From Candidatus Latescibacterota bacterium (GTDB taxonomy: Bacteria; Latescibacterota; UBA2968; GCA-2709665): a stretch of DNA of 64,000 bases. Position 1 is the stretch's first letter. The number at the start of each line of letters is the position of its first letter. A program made the translations under genes and the position numbers. Below the pieces are notes generated by a model. That model made no database searches, had not been told where the DNA came from, and saw nothing but the letters and a program-made list of their open reading frames with translations. Shown here one piece after another: positions 56,640 to 64,000 of this stretch. The stretch spans positions 4,704,001 to 4,768,000 of the forward strand of contig OZ244937.1 of assembly GCA_965222075.1 (NCBI GenBank), written 5' to 3'.

Positions 56640-59105
56640 CTAATCCACAGCCTGGACAGCCTGTTCTTGGGCCTCCCCGTACCTTGCCTGCTCCTTTCGG
56701 CTTCGGATATCCTCCAGAACCTGCAACAAAGCCGGAAGCACAACAACCGCCGCCACGAAACAGGTCAACAGGCCGATGAGTGCCAGCTTTCCGATCGAAT
56801 TCAACCCCGGATGTGTGGCCATCGTCAGCCCGAAAAATCCGACCATCGTCGTGAGCATGGAGACCAGCATGGCGCCGCCGGTACTCTTGAGGATCAGCGG
56901 TATCGACTGGGCGCCCTCTTCCCGATACCGGTGGTAGAGATGTACGCCGTTGTCGATTCCCATTCCCATAATAGTTGGCAGGGCCACCATATTGTAGAAA
57001 TTCAGCTTCATGTCCGTCAAATACATCGTCCCGCACATCCAGACCGCCCCGCAGACCAGTGGCAGCACCACAAGCAGGGCCTCCCGGAGGCCCCGGAAAT
57101 CAATGACGACAATCAGAAAGACCACCACCAGCGTGATGCTAATCGCCCACTTGCTGTCCCGCAGCATGAGCCGCAGCATATCCGCAAAAACAATACTCGG
57201 ACTGGAGGAATAGAACGTCTTACCCGACGTCGTCCGGATTTCCTCGGAATCGTCGGCAAAGGCCATCGCCTTTTTTCCGTCCCTGAGCTGCACCTTCGGA
57301 TAGATAAAGGCAAAATGCGCCCGGCTGCCATCTACCGTAGAGAACTTGCGCAGGATATTTTTCGGCAGATCGTCTATGGACAGCGCCTCTACACCCAGCA
57401 GTTCGCGCAAATCGTCCAGCCGTTTTTTTTGCTCCCCCTTGATCAGCTTGGCGCCCTCCCCATCGGCCAGTTCCCGGATCTCTCCAATAACCGCAAGTTT
57501 CTCACCCTGCTGCTTGGGGATCGCAGACCAGAGCGTTTTGATTTTATCGATCGTCGGTGTCGGATCGTCCGAAGCAATCTTGGCTTCCACTGCCGTTACA
57601 ATCTCACCCAGCTCCTCTTCGCTGTTGGCCAACACCACGCTGGGGGATTGGGATTCCTGATTAAACTGCGAAATCGTACTGATTTTATTCTTCACCGCCC
57701 TTGAGGCCGGCAGATTCGACCTCAAATTGGTAAAATCGTATTCAAACGAGATCCGGTGTAGATTGGCCCCCAAGTAGACCGTAACAGCCACCCCCGCAGC
57801 CAAAACCAGCCGGGCCATCGGGAACCGCCCCCGATGGCTGCCCCAGGCATGCCCCCAGACCGGGCGCATCCGGATCAGCCCCAGCTTCTTGTCCGCAAGC
57901 ACAAGAAAGGCCGGAAGGACGGTAGTCATGGACACCAGCGACATCAAAATCCCCGTCCCTACAATAAATCCGAACTCAGAAAACCCTTTAAAGTCGGTAA
58001 TGGTAAGCGAATAGAAAGCCATTGAAGTGGTCAATGCCGCGGTCAAAATGGCCTGGCCCGTCTGCTTGAGCGTCGTTTCGATGGCCAGCAGGACATCCAT
58101 CCGGGCAATCCGGTCTTCTAAGTACCGGGCAAACATGTGGATGCCAAAGTCGACCCCCAGCCCGAACAGGATGACAAACAGAAAGCCGGTCATCGTATTT
58201 AGATTGCCGATCACCCAGTAGGTAATCGTAAAGGCCCAGAACAATCCCATTGTCAGGGGAAGGGCCACAAAAAAAACCGCCAGGGGTTGACGGAAATAAA
58301 GGGTTAAAAGAAGCACCACACCCACCACGCCGTAAATCAGCGTCGACTTGATATCGTTTAGAATAACGTTAAAGTCATCAATTTTATTCTTGAAAGTTCC
58401 CCCGTACTCGATCACCATGTCCGGGTGGTAGGATTGGGGATGCAATTTGGTCACGGCCTGGCGTACGGCGTTATACATCTCCTTGCTAAACCCGATATTG
58501 CTCACTGTTCCCGCTGCCATTACTTCCAGAGCCAGAATCGTACTGTCCGTGTTTATATAATAGGGCTCCTCCGTCGTTTCCCCGTTCTCCTTGTATTTCG
58601 TTTCGATATCCGAAAAGTCGAGGCTCTCTTCACCATCCTCATCCAACTGGATGTAAAGGGGCGACAGCTTCGCCTTCTCCTGAATAATCCGCTCATCAAT
58701 CCGAAAGTGTATCTCCTCCAGATCTTCCAGGTCCATGTAGAGCAGGGCGTGATTCTTAAAAAAATCGATGTCCCGTTTATGGTCGACATAATTCACATAT
58801 TGCCCGTAGGCATCTCCCTCCAGCTCTCGAGCCAGGTCTTCGGCAAATCGTTTGGAACACTCGTAATCCTCACACTCCACCAGAACAATCAGGCTGCCTA
58901 CCCCGCCAACGCGCTCTTTGATGTCCTCTAAGGTTTTAATGCTATTGTAGTCTTTGGGTATCAGCGCAGCAATATCGGTCTCCAGCCGATAGACCAGACG
59001 GTAGACATAATAACTACAAAAAATGGTAAGTAAACTCGATAGAAAAATAATACTCAGATAGCGCCGATAGACAACTCTTGAAAGAAAACTGAACCAGGCC
59101 TGCAT
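56640..59105 (-). CDS. MMPL/RND family lipid transporter (HpnN-like)
   Basis: Two TM bundles carrying GLGVDFGIH and GMGIDNGVH, with large periplasmic loops. Confidence 0.9.
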   Translation of the reverse strand: MQAWFSFLSRVVYRRYLSIIFLSSLLTIFCSYYVYRLVYRLETDIAALIPKDYNSIKTLEDIKERVGGVGSLIVLVECEDYECSKRFAEDLARELEGDAYGQYVNYVDHKRDIDFFKNHALLYMDLEDLEEIHFRIDERIIQEKAKLSPLYIQLDEDGEESLDFSDIETKYKENGETTEEPYYINTDSTILALEVMAAGTVSNIGFSKEMYNAVRQAVTKLHPQSYHPDMVIEYGGTFKNKIDDFNVILNDIKSTLIYGVVGVVLLLTLYFRQPLAVFFVALPLTMGLFWAFTITYWVIGNLNTMTGFLFVILFGLGVDFGIHMFARYLEDRIARMDVLLAIETTLKQTGQAILTAALTTSMAFYSLTITDFKGFSEFGFIVGTGILMSLVSMTTVLPAFLVLADKKLGLIRMRPVWGHAWGSHRGRFPMARLVLAAGVAVTVYLGANLHRISFEYDFTNLRSNLPASRAVKNKISTISQFNQESQSPSVVLANSEEELGEIVTAVEAKIASDDPTPTIDKIKTLWSAIPKQQGEKLAVIGEIRELADGEGAKLIKGEQKKRLDDLRELLGVEALSIDDLPKNILRKFSTVDGSRAHFAFIYPKVQLRDGKKAMAFADDSEEIRTTSGKTFYSSSPSIVFADMLRLMLRDSKWAISITLVVVFLIVVIDFRGLREALLVVLPLVCGAVWMCGTMYLTDMKLNFYNMVALPTIMGMGIDNGVHLYHRYREEGAQSIPLILKSTGGAMLVSMLTTMVGFFGLTMATHPGLNSIGKLALIGLLTCFVAAVVVLPALLQVLEDIRSRKEQARYGEAQEQAVQAVD

Positions 59106-59115
59106 CGATTAATCC

Positions 59116-59736
59116 TTACCCTTTCCCGTCGTTACTTTTACAGCTCAACTTATTTTTCAGCTTCCGGACAAGAGATTCGTAGGAGTTCTTTCGAATCTCT
59201 TTATAAAACTGAGACCGGTTGTTCCGGGAAACCCGCAAATCGTCGATCACCATATCATAAATCAGCCATTTGCTATCCATCAGGTGAAATTTGTAGTCAA
59301 TCGTACTTTGCTCACTCTTGTAATACACCACCGTCTTTACGAGGGCATCCGCCCCATTCACCTCAGCACCAATATAATCAATTTTCTCGGATTTGGTATA
59401 AAGTTTCGGATCCGCGTAATTCTTCTGAATCAGGCGTCTGCACAGATCCGTGAACTCTGTCTGTTCCTCCTCGGTCCGTTCCTTCCAATAACGCCCCAAC
59501 GACAGTTCGCTGAACCGTCTAAAATTGAAGAGATCGCCGATGATCGCCTTCAACTGCTTCCGTTCGGCCTCGGTCTGCCCCTCCGTCTTGGAACGAACGA
59601 TCTCCTGGATCGAGCGGTCTCGGGCCTTCATCATCTCAAGCAGCGCCTCTGCCTGGCCCTCGTTCGACGCTGCCCCAACAGCCGCAGTGCCCCCTGCAAA
59701 AATCGCAAAAACAGCAAGTCTTCCAATCCACTTCAT
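59116..59736 (-). CDS. MlaC/Ttg2D (HpnM-like) periplasmic lipid-binding protein
   Basis: Signal peptide; FSELSLGRYW; WLIYDMVIDD..VS.NNRSQF. Confidence 0.88.
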   Translation of the reverse strand: MKWIGRLAVFAIFAGGTAAVGAASNEGQAEALLEMMKARDRSIQEIVRSKTEGQTEAERKQLKAIIGDLFNFRRFSELSLGRYWKERTEEEQTEFTDLCRRLIQKNYADPKLYTKSEKIDYIGAEVNGADALVKTVVYYKSEQSTIDYKFHLMDSKWLIYDMVIDDLRVSRNNRSQFYKEIRKNSYESLVRKLKNKLSCKSNDGKG

Positions 59737-59850
59737 GTCCGATTTCCTCATAATTTGTACGGACGTCAGAATCGCCACCCAACCTTGCTCCATAGGACTG
59801 TTGAAAGCAACAAAAGTTCCAGTAACCCCTTGGTCTATCCAAAGCCTCGA

Positions 59851-61317
59851 TCAGTCTGCTTTTTCAGAGGCCAGCTTCTCCGTCTCCTCCTGGTTGGAAA
59901 CGGTTGTGGGCCATACCCCTCGGGTCCGCAGCATATGCCCCGAATATCCGAAGATCGCGGTCACAACCAACCCCGACCCAATGGTAAAAATCCAGTAAAT
60001 TGCGTCTAAACAGTTGGCCAGAGCCAGAACGCAGAAAAGAGCGGCAAAGAAGTCCCGCCTGCAAGCGAATTTGAGCGAACAGAACACCCGGTGAAACCCC
60101 CCCCGTTTTTCCTGCGGCACCTCTTCCGAAAAGGCCATGTTGAAACTCACGATGCTGCCCGAACCGATATTCTGCAGGTAGAGTAAGACCAGCGAGACGG
60201 CCAGGATATCCAGCGCCAGGACCACCCATCCCAGCGTCAGGATGTACGTCTCGCCCGTCAGCCGATACATGCCATAGATCACACCGATAAAAAAGGCCAG
60301 ATAGGAAATATTATCCCCCAGGGTATCCAACCACTCACCCCTGCGCGATCCCATAAACTTCAGCTTGGCAATCTCCCCATCGCAGCCGTCCGCAATCGAG
60401 GCGAACTGGAAAAGCAGCCCCCCCATCGCCAGCCGCAGGTAGTCCCCCGAAGCCACCCACCAGGCCGCTAAGAAGCTGATACACAGTGTTGCCAGCGAAA
60501 TGTGGTTCGGCACAACCGGGGTGTTCACAAGCAGGCGGGTGATCCGCTTTGAGATCTTCCGGTTGAAAAACCGGGACACAAACCCGTCGGTCGGTCTTCC
60601 CAGCATGCAGAACAGGGCCTGTTCCGCATGCCGGAGAGATTCGGGGGTATCCACATCCAGCCAGAACAGATCTCCCACATCCACCGCACGCATTTTTCCC
60701 TCAGACGCCAGTTCCCGGATGCCGCTGGAAAGGGAATCGTCGCCGGCCGCCACCAAGCGCTCCAGCGCCTCAAACAGGTAGGGGCTGCACAGAAAAAGCC
60801 CGGTATCCACAGCATTGTAGGAACCCAGGCCTTTGCCAATCTGAAGAATCCGGTCTCCCTCTAACGTGACCTTTGTGGCGTCGTCTATATCGAAAATGGC
60901 GTCGAGCCGAGAATCCACGCAGAGAACGGCTTCATCCCCGCCAACCGGCATATTCCGAAGCCTGGCCAAGGCCTGCGGGTCGAACAGGTGATCCGACATC
61001 AGCAAGAGGAAGGGCTCGTTGACGCAGTCCCGGGCCTTGAGGACCGAACGTCCGTTCCCCAATTCCCACTCCGGATTCTCCACCCAGTCGATGTGTACAT
61101 CCACCTGAGGGTCGGACGCAATCGCTTCCCGGACCTCCTGCCCCCGGAAGCCGGTAACGATCACAAACTCCCCGATGCCCGCCCGCTTTGCCAACAGGAT
61201 GGTCCGCTTGAGCAGGCCGACCCCGGCGACCTTAACTAAGGGTTTGGGCAGATCCGCCCCGTTTCCGTTTAGACGGCTACCCCTGCCAGCGGCAATAATC
61301 ACAGCCTTCTTGACCAT
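59851..61317 (-). CDS. Bifunctional NTP transferase / CDP-alcohol phosphotransferase (IPCT/DIPPS-like)
   Basis: AAGRGSRL, PKPL, MSDH, DATKV, VDTG and WLDVDT, followed by DGFVSRFFNRKIS, PN and DGCDGEIAK..GEWLDTLGD. Confidence 0.9.
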   Translation of the reverse strand: MVKKAVIIAAGRGSRLNGNGADLPKPLVKVAGVGLLKRTILLAKRAGIGEFVIVTGFRGQEVREAIASDPQVDVHIDWVENPEWELGNGRSVLKARDCVNEPFLLLMSDHLFDPQALARLRNMPVGGDEAVLCVDSRLDAIFDIDDATKVTLEGDRILQIGKGLGSYNAVDTGLFLCSPYLFEALERLVAAGDDSLSSGIRELASEGKMRAVDVGDLFWLDVDTPESLRHAEQALFCMLGRPTDGFVSRFFNRKISKRITRLLVNTPVVPNHISLATLCISFLAAWWVASGDYLRLAMGGLLFQFASIADGCDGEIAKLKFMGSRRGEWLDTLGDNISYLAFFIGVIYGMYRLTGETYILTLGWVVLALDILAVSLVLLYLQNIGSGSIVSFNMAFSEEVPQEKRGGFHRVFCSLKFACRRDFFAALFCVLALANCLDAIYWIFTIGSGLVVTAIFGYSGHMLRTRGVWPTTVSNQEETEKLASEKAD

Positions 61318-61492
61318 ATCCCTCCCTTTCTTAACCTCTCATCGTCCTGAACAGTCCTGATCCCATATCTCGAATCCCACAGGTCGTTCGTCCCTGGCGC
61401 GAAATCAGAAGCAATGAGAGTCCGGCGAATTGTCAACGGTTTACGAAATGATCGGTACGTCTTCCAGGCGCTCCTCTTCAATATCACGGCAA

Positions 61493-62779
61493 TTACTGCC
61501 TCGTCTCCTGCCTGGAGGGTTGCCCGGTATAGGAGTCCATTTTCTTTGCGGTGTCCGCATAGGCCTCAACGGCGATAAAGCGCTTGTTTCCGTTCGCCGA
61601 CCACACCACAATATCGTCGTAGTCTGCTTCCGCCTCTGTTTGCGTGGCGTTGGCATCTGTCAGAATACCGATACCCACCACGACCTTTGGCGGCACCTTG
61701 CCCCAGAGCCGTTTGAAATCCTCGTACAGATTCACCTGTTGGGTGACCCATTGCCCGAGCTTCTCCGGCCCGCTCTGCAAGACCACCACCTTGGGCCGGG
61801 CGATCAGCTTCCGGTCTGCGACCGTGTCTATGGGTAGCGATGTACTCCACACGTACTTGATCTGCGTTGGAATGCCCAGAAAATTTCGTGAATAGACGAT
61901 ATAGATACCGGCCGCACTGTCGTTGATCTCCCCGTAGCGCTCGTCCGCTCCCTCCGGAAGCTTCCAGACCCGCCAGCGCCAGGTCAGGATCGGGTACTTG
62001 TGCAGGTCCCACGAAAGCGGTCTGTAAATAGCAGGAGAGGTTCGATTGTCTTGGGCATGGAGGTAGTGGTTGCCATCCTCCTCAACAACCGTATAGACCT
62101 TGTCAACATTGTCCCGATCCTTCTCCCGCCATTCGCTCCAGCCATTCGCCAGGGCGCCATTGTGTCCGTAGGAGAAATCTTCCAGTACAATATATCCCTG
62201 GTTGGCTACCTCTGCGACGAGGGCACTATACGCCTGCTTGCGGAGAAACTTGGCCAGGTCACGATAGGCCTTCACCAGTCCCTTCTCGTCCACGCTCATA
62301 TCGTGTATCAGCCATTGTCCTCTAAAACGCCGGAGCTGGCAATAAACCTCCAGGATCCCACCGGACTTGAAAGGCACCAGGAGCCGCACCCTGGCCACAT
62401 GCTGCTTCTCCTCAATCCCTTCAACGGTAATCCCGTCGAGTCGATACCCCGGCACACGCTCAAGCAGATCCTCCGTCAGCCGATTGGCAAACACGTCGAT
62501 AAACTGTTTTCGTTCCTCAACCGTAATCTTGTACCAACGCTTCTTTAAAATCGCCTGCCCCGTCCCTATAAAATCAAACGATGCCAGCAAGAATCCGCCC
62601 ACAGCCTTCCGCTTCTGGGCCACGGCCTCCCGGTTTAGGCTCTCCCCAAGGGCAGTCACATACCCCTCGACTGCTTTCGACGATGAAGACGGCTCTGCAA
62701 AGATGTGTCCGGGAAGACAGACAAGGGTAAGAACAAGCCAAAGAAATGTCATATTGCGCAACATATCGTTCCTGTTCAT
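61493..62779 (-). CDS. Secreted MlaC-like + DUF3047 fusion protein
   Basis: Signal peptide; MlaC-like half (FDF..ILKKRW..WLIHDMSVD); DUF3047 half (PILTWRWRV..GADER..DSAA..IKYVWS..ILTDAN). Confidence 0.8.
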   Translation of the reverse strand: MNRNDMLRNMTFLWLVLTLVCLPGHIFAEPSSSSKAVEGYVTALGESLNREAVAQKRKAVGGFLLASFDFIGTGQAILKKRWYKITVEERKQFIDVFANRLTEDLLERVPGYRLDGITVEGIEEKQHVARVRLLVPFKSGGILEVYCQLRRFRGQWLIHDMSVDEKGLVKAYRDLAKFLRKQAYSALVAEVANQGYIVLEDFSYGHNGALANGWSEWREKDRDNVDKVYTVVEEDGNHYLHAQDNRTSPAIYRPLSWDLHKYPILTWRWRVWKLPEGADERYGEINDSAAGIYIVYSRNFLGIPTQIKYVWSTSLPIDTVADRKLIARPKVVVLQSGPEKLGQWVTQQVNLYEDFKRLWGKVPPKVVVGIGILTDANATQTEAEADYDDIVVWSANGNKRFIAVEAYADTAKKMDSYTGQPSRQETRQ

Positions 62780-62789
62780 TATGTTTTCC

Positions 62790-64000
62790 CTACTCCACAA
62801 TAGAATGCCCTGTCGCCTTCTGCAACGCTGCCCAGGTCCGATTGAATTCAAAGATATTGTGATAGTGCTTGGCCCGGATGATGCCGTATTCCTTCACAGC
62901 ATCGATCAATTCACTCGCCTCTTCCAAGCCGGCATTAAACCCATCCCGGGCCGAAATAAACCAGCGCCGGGTCGCCTTAACGGCCTCATTGGACGCCGCC
63001 ACATTGGCCTCGGCCTCTCGAAGCGTCCGATAGATCTTTTCTACCTCCAACTCCGCCCCCTTTTGGGCCAGGCTTACCTGATAGACCAGCTTCTGATGTT
63101 CCAACCGGGCCTTCCTCACCCTGGCCGAAGTTCCTGCAAACGAAAGGTTCTGTCGGATACCCAGGATTGCCCCTCCCTGAAAAAAGTTGAAATCGTCCCG
63201 TGCAAAGGGGCTTGTGATGTCATCCCGATTAGGCGCATAGCTGTATTTGAGCTGCCCCCCTAGAAAGAACTGCGGAAAATAGCTGCTTCTCTCTGCCTGC
63301 ACCAGTGCTTTCCTTACCTCAATCCCGGCCCAGAGCTGCCTGAGGTCTGCCCGTCTCTCAGCCTGCCGGACATAGTCCTCCAACGGAAGAATCTCAACCT
63401 CCAGGGGCCTGAGGCGCTCCTCAACTAAGGCAATCGAGTCCGTGCTCGACAGGTCCAGAAGCATCCGAAGCGCCGAAGCCGCCAGCGCGCTTCCCTTTTC
63501 AACCTTATTGGCGTTTTCTTCCACATCGTAAACAAACCGATCCAGACGCGCCAGATCGGTATAGGTATACTCCCCGGTGTCCTCTTCCAGCCCCTCTTCA
63601 ACGTTGTTTCGGGCCTTCCGGATCTCTTCTTGCGCCTCTTCGGCCAATCTCCAGAGCTCCTTCGTCAACAGCCGAAGATAGTAGGCCTCCGTTACCTGCA
63701 GCTCGAGATCCACCTGGGTCTTCTGCAACCCAGCGCGCCGGACGTTCCTCCCCCCTTTGGCGGCATCTTGCGCAGCTTTGAGCTTCCCAAAGGTATAGAT
63801 CGGCTGAACCAAAGAGGCCTCTGTCCGGGTAAACACGCTCAAGCTCCAAAGGTCAGTATCTCCCACCAGCGCATTTCCCCGGGCCTTTGGAGAAGGCCCT
63901 ACAATCCACGTAAAATCAAATTTGGGCAGCAAACGGGCCGCTCGCGCCTGAGCCAGCTGCGCCTCTGCAATGCGCACGTCTACCTCTGCGGCCCGAACCG
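62790..64000 (-). CDS. TolC family outer-membrane protein (5' truncated by the window edge)
   Basis: LVQPIYTFGK, VTEAYY, RRADL and YFPQF, with the two-repeat OEP pattern; the frame is open to the window end. Confidence 0.88.
   Translation of the reverse strand, partial: VRAAEVDVRIAEAQLAQARAARLLPKFDFTWIVGPSPKARGNALVGDTDLWSLSVFTRTEASLVQPIYTFGKLKAAQDAAKGGRNVRRAGLQKTQVDLELQVTEAYYLRLLTKELWRLAEEAQEEIRKARNNVEEGLEEDTGEYTYTDLARLDRFVYDVEENANKVEKGSALAASALRMLLDLSSTDSIALVEERLRPLEVEILPLEDYVRQAERRADLRQLWAGIEVRKALVQAERSSYFPQFFLGGQLKYSYAPNRDDITSPFARDDFNFFQGGAILGIRQNLSFAGTSARVRKARLEHQKLVYQVSLAQKGAELEVEKIYRTLREAEANVAASNEAVKATRRWFISARDGFNAGLEEASELIDAVKEYGIIRAKHYHNIFEFNRTWAALQKATGHSIVE

Noticed and set aside
59851-61317. 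Di-myo-inositol-phosphate thermoprotectant synthesis as the function
   Set aside because: Not excluded, but the flanking lipid-transport genes favour a lipid product, so no specific gene symbol was assigned.

Overview
This is a GC-rich bacterial chromosomal window. The gene content suggests an FCB-superphylum heterotroph such as Latescibacterota, but that is an inference. From left to right it holds: a cupin; an ECF sigma factor fused to TM, Ig-like, TPR and TlpA-thioredoxin domains; and an archaeal/spirochaete-type pheS-pheT operon behind a complete Phe T-box riboswitch. A lower-GC accessory stretch follows, with a collapsed nucleotidyltransferase, vapBC, an S66 peptidase, and an NgoMIV-family REase + N4C MTase + VOC islet. 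The islet is bracketed by a 55-bp, synonymously recoded duplicate of the 3' end of a PhyH gene. Next come about 35 kb of apparently cytoplasmic catabolic enzymes, including four Zn-ribbon heparinase II/III-like paralogues, then tRNA-Thr(CGT), transaldolase, a prenyl synthase and an MrfA/Hrq1 helicase. A lower-GC operon encodes a duplicated membrane protein, a GMC oxidoreductase and a Gfo/Idh/MocA enzyme. The right end carries a TolC / MlaC-DUF3047 / IPCT-DIPPS-like / MlaC / MMPL cluster that looks like an inositol-lipid synthesis and trans-envelope export system. I saw no rRNA, CRISPR array, integrase or transposase. All family calls come from motif recognition by eye, not database searches.
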